Source: Gammaproteobacteria bacterium (GTDB taxonomy: Bacteria; Pseudomonadota; Gammaproteobacteria; Arenicellales; Arenicellaceae). Taken from it: DNA of 50,993 nt. Position numbers and translations under genes: made by a program. The stretch is from contig JAUHZM010000001.1 in assembly GCA_030426005.1 (NCBI GenBank), positions 1 through 50,993 of the forward strand, read 5' to 3'. A model generated the notes under the pieces. It did not search any database, was not told the DNA's origin, and was given only the letters and a program-made list of their open reading frames with translations. Below, in pieces: positions 1 through 9,655 of the stretch (the stretch's first letter is position 1; every line of letters begins with the position of its first letter).

Positions 1-1
1 C

Positions 2-1555
2 GGCCATCATGCCGAGATAGAGTTGCCACATTGCGCCAACGTTTTCGATAAAGGATGCAAAAATGACGGCCGCCACGGTAATTCCCAAGGTGGCGAGGCG
101 GCTTACCAACGTCAATCGTTGATTGCTCGCATCAGGATTGATAAAGCGGAGGTAGAAATCATTGGCGATGTACGAAGCGCCCCAGTTGATGTGTGTGGAC
201 ACCGTCGACATAAATGCGCCCATCAGCGCAACCAGTGCCAAGCCGATCAAGCCGCTAGGCAAAACGTCTTTGATCATTGCCGGGTAGCTGCGTTCGCGGT
301 CTTCACGCAGTTCGACCTTCGTGCTGCCGTCTGCCTGCGTGACTTGTTTTTCGTATAAGAGGCCGAATTCGTTGATTTTACATTCGTAGCGGCTATCAAG
401 GCATGCGCGTTGTTCAATCGTACACACCGTCGCGTCCTGCAAGCAGGCATTGAATTCGGTGGCCACATCATTGACAGCAACGCGCGGATAAATCACCAGT
501 GCCGCGATGCCAGCGATAACCCAAGGCCATGACCGAAAAACAAAATGTGCCAGGCCGTACCAGAGAGCGCCTTTTTCGGCTTCACTGTTGTCCGCAGCAC
601 TGTAGAGGCGTTGTGCGAAAAAACCCGCACCGTCGACATTGCCATTGGTCCACCACATAAACGTGAGCGTCAGAATAAACGCCGAGAAGGGAATCCCGAG
701 TGAACCAACAACGTCGCCAGAAAACGAGGGGATAAACGAGCTCAGTTGTTGGTGGTCTAAAAAGGTTTTGCCATCGATGTCCGTGGCAGTGCTACCAACC
801 GGGTAAGTCGTCTCCAAACTTGCCCAGAGTTGGTCGAGACCGCCGACATGCGCGACAGCGAAATAGCTTAAGGCAATGGCCATGCTCATGGCGAGCACAA
901 ACCAGATCATATCTGTAACGAGAATGGCTTTGAGTCCACCGACAGCAGAGTAGGTTAGGGTAATAACCACCAAAGTGAAAATGGTCAGGCTGGTGTTTAA
1001 ATCATTAAAAATTAGCGCATCTGGGTAGACGCTGGCGATACCGCTGTACAGCGTCGGACCAAGTAAATACTGCCAGTCCATAAAGGGTTCAGCGATTTTC
1101 GACATGCCGGCAAATACCCAGCCGAGCACCACGCAGTTAACGATCACCGAGAACACAAAGGCTTTGCTGGTACGAAGGACCGTGGCGGGTTTTCCGCCAT
1201 AGCGTAATTCAGCGATTTCGGCGTCAGTCACCACGCCGGTCGATCGCCACACGCGTGCGAAGAAAACCGTGATTGCCACAATGCCAATGGCGCCGCCCCA
1301 CCAAAACCAATTACCCGCGATGCCGTAATCGGCGATCCAGCCCGTGATGACCAGCGGTGTGTCTGACGCGAAGGTCGTAGCTGCAATTGAGGTGCCAAGG
1401 AACCACCATTTTGCAGATCGGTTAGCGGTAAAGAATTCCTCGACGCCGCCCTTGCCGCCGCTGTCTTTGAGAACGAGGCTGATAATTAACGTTAGGCCAA
1501 GTACCAGGCCGATAATGGCCCAGTCCAGATTTGAAAGAACGGTAGCTTGCGTCAT
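2..1555 (-). CDS. Sodium:solute symporter (SSF) family protein, 3'-truncated at the window edge; probable GlcNAc/chito-oligosaccharide importer
   Basis: Absent from the ORF track because there is no stop in the window. Hand translation from ATG 1555 gives MTQATVLSNLDWAIIGLVLGLTLIISLVLK...EEFFTANRSAKWWFLGTSIAATTFASDTPLVITGWIADYGIAGNWFWW, a typical SSF N-terminus with many TM segments. It lies 12 nt downstream of the GH20 gene. Confidence 0.88.
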   Translation of the reverse strand, partial: MTQATVLSNLDWAIIGLVLGLTLIISLVLKDSGGKGGVEEFFTANRSAKWWFLGTSIAATTFASDTPLVITGWIADYGIAGNWFWWGGAIGIVAITVFFARVWRSTGVVTDAEIAELRYGGKPATVLRTSKAFVFSVIVNCVVLGWVFAGMSKIAEPFMDWQYLLGPTLYSGIASVYPDALIFNDLNTSLTIFTLVVITLTYSAVGGLKAILVTDMIWFVLAMSMAIALSYFAVAHVGGLDQLWASLETTYPVGSTATDIDGKTFLDHQQLSSFIPSFSGDVVGSLGIPFSAFILTLTFMWWTNGNVDGAGFFAQRLYSAADNSEAEKGALWYGLAHFVFRSWPWVIAGIAALVIYPRVAVNDVATEFNACLQDATVCTIEQRACLDSRYECKINEFGLLYEKQVTQADGSTKVELREDRERSYPAMIKDVLPSGLIGLALVALMGAFMSTVSTHINWGASYIANDFYLRFINPDASNQRLTLVSRLATLGITVAAVIFASFIENVGAMWQLYLGMMA

Positions 1556-1567
1556 TGTTATTATCTG

Positions 1568-3775
1568 TTAGGTGACGGTGATTTCATCAATGTAGAGCGG
1601 CGGTATGACGTCGCACGCGTCTTCGTATGAATAAATAGTCTGCTGATTGTCGACTCGAATGCGCAAGAAATGCGTTGTGTGTTCTAAGCCGTTTAACGCC
1701 CAACGTCCAGCTGGTTTGCTGGGTTGTAGTGGCCCGATTTCAAGCCAGTTTTGACCATCTAGGGAGCAGAGCAAGGTAACACTTAGCGGAAAATAGAGAG
1801 AGCGACCAAGCGCGCCATCAAACCCCACGGAAACGTTTGAAAATTTTGTCTCGCCGCCCAAGTCTAAGTCAATGTAGAACAGATTTAGCGCGTCGAATAG
1901 TGCCCAGTCTGCGTGTTGAAAACGGAGACCCTGTTGAGGTAATCCGTTGGTTAACTTATCAAGATTATCGACGCTGAGAAGCTGTAGCTCAGAGTCCCGA
2001 GCGATCACCTTGCAGCTCACCGCGTGGTGCGGATAGACGAATAACGGTGCAACGCCATAAGCGGCCGTGCCATCATCAGAAAAACTCCCCGCATGGATTA
2101 GCGTTGGCTCGGTAATCACCACGGGTTGCTGATAGACATTGGAGTTCAGTGTCGGCCTGCTGCCATCGGTGGTGATGCGTATTGGGTTCTCTGGAAACTC
2201 GGAGTGCACTGCCACTTTGATACTCTGTGAGCTGCGTTCCGTAACCTCAAATTCAGGGACATAGACCGAATCAGCTACTCGGTATCCTAAAGATCGGTAT
2301 CGCTCAAACAGCCCAGGAATACGCTGTTTAAAGTCGGTCCAGGACTGTTTCTCTTTAGGTGTCCATGCGATCTCTGCCAATGCCGCCAAACGCGGCAGTA
2401 AGACGTATTCCAGTTTGGCCATGGAATCGATGTACTCAGTCCAGACATTGGCCTGCACGCCTTGAATCGCATCAGAATGTTGTAAAGGATCGTAGTTATA
2501 AACGCCCTTAAGTGGGGCATGACCGTGGATTGCAAACGGTTCGTCAATCGACAGCGACTGGTAAAAGTCAAAGTAGAGGTTGCTCTGCGTCATGATGAGT
2601 TCATGACCACGAGCGAGCGCTTCGCGTGCTTTTGCCTCACCAAGCCACGACATAATTTTTACACTGTTATCGAGGTTTTTTGCCTCCAGTACATCGTCCC
2701 AACAGATGGCGCGTTTACCGAGTGTGGCCAAAATTTTTGTGACGCGTTGGATAAAGTAACCATGAAGAGCTTTGCTGTTGGGTAATTCTTGATCGCGCAG
2801 GATTTGCTGGCATTCTGGGCAGTTTTCCCAGTGTAGTTTTTTAACTTCGTCACCTCCGATATGAACAAGCGGGCCAGGGAATAGTTCGGCGAGTTCAGTA
2901 AACAGTGTGGTCAAAAACTCGAAGGTGGTCTCACGGTTACACAACACTTGAGTGAAGATTCCGAAGTGTGTCTGTACGAAGGGTGCCGTGCGCGCGTTGC
3001 TGCAACCGAGTGAGGGATAGGCGGCAAGCAATGCTGAACTGTGGCCGGGCAGGTCAATTTCTGGGATGACCGTAATGTGGCGTGCGCTGGCGTAGGCCAC
3101 AATGTCTCGAATATCTTGCTTGCTATAGTAACCACCATGCGGGATGTTATCGAGATCGGTGCCTCTGTCCAGAGTGTGATTGTTAACGGTAGCGGGTCTC
3201 TGGCTACCCGTTTGAACTAACTCTGGAAACGCGTCTAATTCGAGTCGCCAACCCTGATCATCGACTAAGTGCCAATGAAAATAATTCAGTTTGTGCATGG
3301 CCATCAGTTCCAGCACACGTTTCACTTCTTCAACGCCAAAGAAATGCCGACTGACATCCAGGTGTAAGCCGCGATATTCACAGCGTGCTGTGTCGCTAAT
3401 TTTGAGCGCTGGTAACTTGGCGCCGAGGCTTTGTGCCAGCTGAATTAAGGTCTGCACGCCGTAGAAAACCTGCGTTGCATCACCACCGATTATTCGGGCC
3501 GAGTTGGCATCAATCGTGAGCGTGTAGCCCTCATTGAGCGCTGCATCTAGACTGAGGATGATTGCGTTATCTTCTGGCGTGTGGGGCGCATCGCCTTTTT
3601 CTAGCCGTAGCGCCGAACCGAGAAATTCAGCGCTATCGCTGAGTTCTTTTGCTGCGTTTATACCCGCTACATCGAGGTTAAACGATTGTTCGGTGTTTGT
3701 TACCTCACAGTAGGCCGGATAGGGCGCAAGAGGTAAATTAGCATTCGAGAGCTGAGACCGTACTGTAAGCGCCAT
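1568..3775 (-). CDS. Beta-N-acetylhexosaminidase (GH20) with C-terminal Fn3-like/beta-sandwich domains
   Basis: YRGLHLDVSRHF, FHWHLVDDQGWR, PEIDLPGH, catalytic HIGGDE and GVQANVWTEY motifs; no evident signal peptide. Confidence 0.95.
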   Translation of the reverse strand: MALTVRSQLSNANLPLAPYPAYCEVTNTEQSFNLDVAGINAAKELSDSAEFLGSALRLEKGDAPHTPEDNAIILSLDAALNEGYTLTIDANSARIIGGDATQVFYGVQTLIQLAQSLGAKLPALKISDTARCEYRGLHLDVSRHFFGVEEVKRVLELMAMHKLNYFHWHLVDDQGWRLELDAFPELVQTGSQRPATVNNHTLDRGTDLDNIPHGGYYSKQDIRDIVAYASARHITVIPEIDLPGHSSALLAAYPSLGCSNARTAPFVQTHFGIFTQVLCNRETTFEFLTTLFTELAELFPGPLVHIGGDEVKKLHWENCPECQQILRDQELPNSKALHGYFIQRVTKILATLGKRAICWDDVLEAKNLDNSVKIMSWLGEAKAREALARGHELIMTQSNLYFDFYQSLSIDEPFAIHGHAPLKGVYNYDPLQHSDAIQGVQANVWTEYIDSMAKLEYVLLPRLAALAEIAWTPKEKQSWTDFKQRIPGLFERYRSLGYRVADSVYVPEFEVTERSSQSIKVAVHSEFPENPIRITTDGSRPTLNSNVYQQPVVITEPTLIHAGSFSDDGTAAYGVAPLFVYPHHAVSCKVIARDSELQLLSVDNLDKLTNGLPQQGLRFQHADWALFDALNLFYIDLDLGGETKFSNVSVGFDGALGRSLYFPLSVTLLCSLDGQNWLEIGPLQPSKPAGRWALNGLEHTTHFLRIRVDNQQTIYSYEDACDVIPPLYIDEITVT

Positions 3776-3787
3776 GACTGAGTGAGC

Positions 3788-4708
3788 CTAACCAGCTTTT
3801 TTATTCGCGTTGGCGGACTCAGATTTGGCGAAATGGATTGCGCCGTCTTCTGGCGCATGAATGGGGTCGGATAGCGCAGCTTTAACATCGTCTGCTAACC
3901 AGGGCGTAATCTCAGAACGCAATCCACCGAGCAGTGCCAAGCGACCTGGGTTTTCGGTTAGAATTTTGCGAGCCATGTTGTTGAGATACGACACACCTTC
4001 TTCAATAATCGATAAAGCCACAGCATCACCGCTTTTTGCTTCCGCAAACACGATGGAGGCGAGCTTAGCGAATTCTTTGGGTGGTTGATTGGCCATGGCA
4101 TCCGCGATGCCCCTTGGGCGAGCGCCAAGATAGTCGCAGATGCGTTCGGTTAACGTGGTTGATGGTCCAAGATCGTCCGAAGCCAATAAGGCCGCTACAA
4201 TCGCTTTCCAACCCAACCAGGCTCCGCTACCTTGATCACCGAGGGGGAACCCATGTGCGCCGTACATTTTTGTTTTGCCTTGTACCATAGAGAGACCGCA
4301 CGACCCGGTTCCGGAAATAATTACTGACCCATCTTGCCAGGCATGTGCACCCAAGCAGGCAATATGCAGATCGGTGGTCAAGTACATTGCTTTAAATGGA
4401 TGAGACCAATTATTGACCTGTTCAAATAATGACGGGAGGTTAACGCCCGCTAGGCCGACACCAGCGATTACATGGTCTAAAGCGGCTTCTGGGAGCGATG
4501 CATCTGCGAGCGCCTTTTTAGCCGAATCTACGATGGACTCCAGCGTGGTCTCCATGCCATGTACGGGATTTGCTCGACCTGATATTCCAACGCCGACAAA
4601 TTTCGCGTCGTTCGAAACGAGTTTGGCTTTACATTTGCTGCCACCACCGTCGATTCCAATAAAAAGTGGAGGAAGGTGGTCAAGTACGTTGGCCTGGGTC
4701 ATGGTCAT
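3788..4708 (-). CDS. nagK: N-acetylglucosamine kinase (BadF/BadG/BcrA/BcrD ATPase family)
   Basis: IGIDGGGSKC, ISGTGS and GDQGSGAWLG motifs; first gene of an operon with GH20. Confidence 0.85.
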   Translation of the reverse strand: MTMTQANVLDHLPPLFIGIDGGGSKCKAKLVSNDAKFVGVGISGRANPVHGMETTLESIVDSAKKALADASLPEAALDHVIAGVGLAGVNLPSLFEQVNNWSHPFKAMYLTTDLHIACLGAHAWQDGSVIISGTGSCGLSMVQGKTKMYGAHGFPLGDQGSGAWLGWKAIVAALLASDDLGPSTTLTERICDYLGARPRGIADAMANQPPKEFAKLASIVFAEAKSGDAVALSIIEEGVSYLNNMARKILTENPGRLALLGGLRSEITPWLADDVKAALSDPIHAPEDGAIHFAKSESANANKKAG

Positions 4709-4800
4709 GCTTTCTAGTAAATATTATTTGAATCGGAGTGGAGTGAATTACTGAGGTTCTGATTCAAGTCCATTATTATATAAGTTTGATCATAGTTAGC

Positions 4801-4818
4801 ATTGACAACGTTGTCAAT
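4801..4818. promoter_or_regulatory. NagR-type (LacI family) operator
   Basis: Perfect 18-bp palindrome ATTGACAACGTTGTCAAT about 95 bp upstream of nagK; it resembles the TGACAACGTTGTCA NagR box of Shewanella/Xanthomonas as I recall it. Confidence 0.85.
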
Positions 4819-5602
4819 ATTTTGGCGCTGCAATTCATAGTCATCCACAAAAATTCATAGCGAGCCTCGGTGACGGCTGGTTTCCGCAAACTTTAACGGT
4901 TCGCTCCGCGTCTAAAATGGTACTCGCCAAGGATAATGCTCCGCACTGTACGCTAAGTGTATTCAGTCACGTATAGAGGGACATTTTTGAGTTCAAAGCG
5001 TGTTCATGTCAGCCATTAGTAGGGTCTTCAACGTGAAGTGCGGTAGTCATTGTCAACTATTTTTATCTGAGCGGCGTGTAAAAAATGCACATTATTAAGT
5101 CTTTGAATTTAAAAGACTAAGCGCGTAATTTTATGATATTTATTATTAATGACTCTATTTTTGGTTATCAGGCAATGATAAATGTCATTCGACTTTAGTC
5201 TAATATTTGATGAATAAATGATTTTTTCTTGCCTTTTTATTTTCTTGAAACCATATTGAATGTGCGAGAGCAAGTTTTGCCGCCAAAGCTTTGCCAAGGG
5301 TCGCCTGATTTAAGCAATTGTTATTAGAATAATATCAGCGAAACCTGACTCGAAGTGTTAGCGGTCTGATTCGTCAAGAAAATGGTGTGAGAAGTATTGA
5401 CAAGTTAATTGATCTCGCGAGGGGGAGGCTTGGGGGCCAACTTCTGATAGTGACATCTATCACAGAGTGATGTCGTGGGGGTAAGCATGGTAATCGAGCA
5501 AATCCGATGTTTGCCTCCACGACATGTAATAGAGCGCCGTTGGAGATGTGTTTTCGAGCTTCAAGATACTTTGTTCGTTTGACAATTATTTTGGGGACTA
5601 CA

Positions 5603-6145
5603 ATGCGAAATATTAAACTCGCTTTTAATGCAATTCTGCCAGTTCTGGCACTTCTTTTCTTTTCGGCTCCTTCCAATGCTGCCACGGTTAGCGATACCTT
5701 CGAGGTGCGTGTCACCGTCGCTGAGGTGTGTGAGGTCACGGCAAATGATCTTGATTTTGGTACCTACGATCCACTTGACGCGTTGCCTTTGATCAGCGGC
5801 TTGGCAACCATTGATGTCACCTGTGCTTTATTGACACCACATAATGTTGGTATTGATGCGGGGCAAAATGGCACTGGGGTTGCCGATCGAAAAATGATCA
5901 TTGATGGTGCCGGCACCGACACCATTGACTACACGCTGGGCTGCGCGATCAATCTGCCACCAGCCGGTGCGGTGTTAACCAACTGCGCGACCAATTGGGG
6001 TAATACAATTGGTACAGACACGTTTGTAGGCCTCGGTACTGGTCTACCAATTCCCATCATTATGACTGGTACGATCCCTGCCGGACAAAATGTCCCGATC
6101 GGCACCTATCGCGATAATCCAGTCACTGCAACTGTCACATTCTAG
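5603..6145 (+). CDS. Csu-type (spore coat U domain) fimbrial major subunit, CsuA/B-like
   Basis: Start reassigned to ATG 5603 (GGGGA RBS). Signal peptide ends SNA-A, followed by donor strand TFEVRVTV..C, DLDFGTY, IDVTC and C-terminal IPAGQNVPIGTYRD..VTATVTF. Confidence 0.9.
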   Translation: MRNIKLAFNAILPVLALLFFSAPSNAATVSDTFEVRVTVAEVCEVTANDLDFGTYDPLDALPLISGLATIDVTCALLTPHNVGIDAGQNGTGVADRKMIIDGAGTDTIDYTLGCAINLPPAGAVLTNCATNWGNTIGTDTFVGLGTGLPIPIIMTGTIPAGQNVPIGTYRDNPVTATVTF

Positions 6146-6389
6146 GCGAGGTGTGGAGGGGTTCCGCGGACACTTACTGTCCTGTTCTGAGGCAATTCAC
6201 CCCGTGGAGCCCATGTGGTACGAGTCAGCCTCATTGATTGAGTTAACTGGCTCTTGATGGCGCTGGGGTAGTTTAAAACCCTAAATTTCTCCTCTGCTAC
6301 CCCAGTGGCCATTTTTATCCGTGACATTGCCATGGGGTGTCGTCATGCAAGGTAACGAGCTAAACACTAGGAACAACGCGGGGCGATAG

Positions 6390-7187
6390 ATGAAAACCTT
6401 AAGTCGATTTAAGCAACCGGGTCGATTGATTTGGTTACCCATTCTGTTTTTTGCGTCGTGGTATGCATCTGCAGCCTCATTCAATGTGCTGCCGGTCAGA
6501 ATTTACATGCCTGCAGCGCGACCCGTTGCCAGCATCAAAGTAGAAAATAAAGAGCAAGTTGCCGTGACGGTTCAATCCGAAACAGTGCGCTGGGCCCAGC
6601 AGGACAATCGACAAATCTTAACGCCGACTAACGAACTCATCGTGTCGCCAGCGATATTCGAATTACCACCGGGGGGCTCACAGGTTGTACGCGTGGCCCT
6701 GCGTGGTGATGCCCCTATTGATAAACAGCAAACCTTTCGATTGTTTTTAAGTGAGGTGCCCGCGCTCGACGAGCAAAGTGCGGCGGCGACAGGAATCACG
6801 GTGGCACTCCGCTTAAGTTTGCCGATCTTTGTTACGCCAGAAAAAACTACGGCGAAGTTTTCGTGGCAGTTGGCGACCCGTTGTGAAGAGCCATCAAAGC
6901 AAGACTTGTTAGTTGAAAACCTGGGTGACCAGCACGCCATGCTGTTGAAGATGCGGTTGCGTGGTGACACCGAGTTCGAGGAAATTTACCATCCCCGGTA
7001 TGTATTGCGTGACTCACGTGCATTCTGGCCGGTTACGACCGAATTTGCTGAGTTACCCAAGCCTCTCTGGTTAGATTATGAAACGCTCGAAGGTGAAAAG
7101 GCGTCCGCTGAAGTTCAAGTCGATATTCAAGGCTGTTGGCGTCCTGAATTATCTGCGACACCGCCAGAGGTTTCGGCTGGGAGTTGA
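6390..7187 (+). CDS. Fimbrial periplasmic chaperone (PapD/CsuC-like)
   Basis: FNVLPVRI, LIVSPAIFELPPGGSQVVRV, FRLFLSEVP and LRLSLPIFV motifs; signal peptide. Confidence 0.92.
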   Translation: MKTLSRFKQPGRLIWLPILFFASWYASAASFNVLPVRIYMPAARPVASIKVENKEQVAVTVQSETVRWAQQDNRQILTPTNELIVSPAIFELPPGGSQVVRVALRGDAPIDKQQTFRLFLSEVPALDEQSAAATGITVALRLSLPIFVTPEKTTAKFSWQLATRCEEPSKQDLLVENLGDQHAMLLKMRLRGDTEFEEIYHPRYVLRDSRAFWPVTTEFAELPKPLWLDYETLEGEKASAEVQVDIQGCWRPELSATPPEVSAGS

Positions 7188-7192
7188 TCTGA

Positions 7193-9655
7193 ATGCACTG
7201 GGGTCGAGTGAAGGTAAACACGATCATAGCTGTTCCGGCGCTTGGGATGATCGTGTGTTTGCTGAGTGTTATGGTTTCTCATCACGCCTCGGCAGCTGAC
7301 GATCAAGGACGTTTTTACCCGCCTATTGAGCTCAGTCAAGCGACGGAAATGTTAGTCAGTATTGAGCTGAATGATCGCTTAGTTCACGGCGGCGCCATTG
7401 TGTACCATTATGAAGGTGAGTATTGGGTCCCAGAGTCTGTGTTGTTAAGCAATCGTTTACTGATCCCTCATCGGGTGACGAGTAGCGCTAAATCGTCGGA
7501 GACCTTTGTTTCTCTGCGTAGTTTGCCAGATATTACATTTACCTTTGATGCATCGCAGCAGTCCTTGAAGTTAAACGCTGCGTCCAATGCATTTGTGGCG
7601 CGAGAAATTAAGTCAACACGGAATGCTGAGAATCAACCGCCAGACGGTCTGACTTCCTTCTTTCTCAATTACAGTGCGAACACGACCTACAGTGCAGGCC
7701 AAACACAAGCCAGCGGGTTTACCGAATTTGGGATGACGTTGCCGCGAGCGGTGGTGACGTCTTCTTATTTATTGTCAGACTGGAGTGACCTCGAGAAGGT
7801 GGTGCGCTTGGATACCGTGTGGACCAAGGACCTATTGGACGCTCGCACGCGTTTGAGCATCGGCGATACAATCGCACAAAGTGCTGATGGCAGTGAACTT
7901 GGCTCCACCTTTCGTTTTGGCGGAATTCAACTCGGTACGCGTTTCGAATTGGAGCCCGGCTTGATCCGCTATCCGTTGCCAAGTTTGTACGGAGAAGCGT
8001 TTGGCCAGTCCTCAGTGGATTTGTTTGTCGGTGAATCGCTGCGTTACCGAACACAAACTGACACCGGACCATTTATTATTGAGCAACCACCAATCATGAA
8101 CGGCGCAGGCGATGTGCGCGTGGTGGTGACTGATTTGCTTGGTCGCGAAACCGTGTTCACTACGCCGTTTTATGTGAGCTCGCGTTTGCTTGATGTTGGC
8201 TTGGTTGATTATGAGTTGAACATCGGGAAGCTTCGTCATGGCTATGGTGTTCGTAGCGCAGACTATGGTGAATCTTTTGTTACCGGACGATATCGTCGTG
8301 GTCTGACCACCTATCTCACCGCGCAACTCGTGGCTGAAAAATCGGAGAGCTTGGACCTGATTGGCGTTTCCGGCGTCATGGCGGTGCCGGTGGTTGGTGT
8401 GCTTGGGTTCTCTTTAGCTGAGAGCGACGGCCCAGCTGGCGCGGGGCGCCAACTATCCGCATCCTACGAAAGGCAGGCTGATAGGGGTAGCCTGGGTCTC
8501 CGCTGGAAGCGTTTTGATCCTGAATTTCGCAGTCTGTCGCAAAACACCTTAGGCAGTCGAGTGAGAGAGGAAATATCATCTAGCCTGCGGTGGTCACCAA
8601 CACGCAATGGCTCGCTATCTCTCATTTTTACTGACCGAGAATTTCACGATGATACTGAGTTGAGTCTCCTTTCGTTGACCTATTCTCAGCGTATTGCTGA
8701 GAGTACCATGCTGAGTATTAGTGGGAACTTGATTCAAGGCACAGAACTGTCAGATAATGGGTTCGCGGACTTTGAAGATCACACTATTGAGGTCTCTATA
8801 GCCAAGAGTTTTGGCAAGCGTCGGTCAGCCAGTGCTAAGGTTAAACTCGATCGTGAGATCTTGCCGGAGTCCAGCCGCGACACTACAAGCAGTTTGTCGT
8901 TTCGCAAATCCATTCCGCGTGGACTGGGTGTTGGTTATCAAGCTTCAATCGAAACGATGGAAGCGCAAGATACAACCCGCGCTCGGGCGGGACTGGATTG
9001 GAGTACCCGCAGCGCGATCTTTAATTTTGGTGCTGCCAAATCTGGAGAAAACGAAGCAGTGAATGCCAGCGTTGATGGTTCCGTAGTGCTTATGCAGAAA
9101 GGGGTTTTCTGGCAACGGCCGTTGCGAGAAGGTTTCGCCCTAGTCGACGCCGGCGGCTATCCTGACATTGGAATATACCGAGGTGGTACCTTGGTTACAC
9201 GGACGAATCGACAGGGGTATGCCATCTTACCGGAACTCGCACCATACCGTATCAACTCGATATCCGTGCTCGCGGATGAGTTTCCAATAGATGCACAGCT
9301 GGAACGAGAGAAAGCCAGAGTCATGCCATACTTTAAAGGCGCTACCCGTGTTGGTTTTGGTGTTAGTCGTGAACACGCCAGGTTGCTCACATTGCTTGAT
9401 GAAACCGGGCAGCCACTGCCTTTGGGTGCACTGGTAACAGCGATGGATTCTGGTGCGCAAACACGCGTTGCGATGGCGGGGGCGGTTTACTTACGTGACT
9501 TGGATCAGCAGCAACGTTTTTCTGCCATGTATGCGGATCGCCTTTGCCAGTTTGAGATTGACTATCAGTCGGATACGCCAGGTGATCAACGTATGCAGGC
9601 CGAGTCCGTTGTTTGTCGCCATTCGTATGACACACCTGCGAGGGCGGCTCAATGA
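7193..9655 (+). CDS. Fimbrial outer-membrane usher (CsuD-like); true start may be slightly downstream
   Basis: 820 aa with FFLNYS, VRLDT.W, RLSIGD, FRFGGIQLG, VVVTDLLGRE and a C-terminal Cys pair. Confidence 0.93.
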   Translation: MHWGRVKVNTIIAVPALGMIVCLLSVMVSHHASAADDQGRFYPPIELSQATEMLVSIELNDRLVHGGAIVYHYEGEYWVPESVLLSNRLLIPHRVTSSAKSSETFVSLRSLPDITFTFDASQQSLKLNAASNAFVAREIKSTRNAENQPPDGLTSFFLNYSANTTYSAGQTQASGFTEFGMTLPRAVVTSSYLLSDWSDLEKVVRLDTVWTKDLLDARTRLSIGDTIAQSADGSELGSTFRFGGIQLGTRFELEPGLIRYPLPSLYGEAFGQSSVDLFVGESLRYRTQTDTGPFIIEQPPIMNGAGDVRVVVTDLLGRETVFTTPFYVSSRLLDVGLVDYELNIGKLRHGYGVRSADYGESFVTGRYRRGLTTYLTAQLVAEKSESLDLIGVSGVMAVPVVGVLGFSLAESDGPAGAGRQLSASYERQADRGSLGLRWKRFDPEFRSLSQNTLGSRVREEISSSLRWSPTRNGSLSLIFTDREFHDDTELSLLSLTYSQRIAESTMLSISGNLIQGTELSDNGFADFEDHTIEVSIAKSFGKRRSASAKVKLDREILPESSRDTTSSLSFRKSIPRGLGVGYQASIETMEAQDTTRARAGLDWSTRSAIFNFGAAKSGENEAVNASVDGSVVLMQKGVFWQRPLREGFALVDAGGYPDIGIYRGGTLVTRTNRQGYAILPELAPYRINSISVLADEFPIDAQLEREKARVMPYFKGATRVGFGVSREHARLLTLLDETGQPLPLGALVTAMDSGAQTRVAMAGAVYLRDLDQQQRFSAMYADRLCQFEIDYQSDTPGDQRMQAESVVCRHSYDTPARAAQ

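Noticed and set aside
5090-5300. AT-rich tract with a 62-aa ORF (5109-5297, minus strand)
   Set aside because: The Lys/Ile/Asn composition reflects AT-rich promoter DNA between divergent operons; there is no RBS or recognisable motif.
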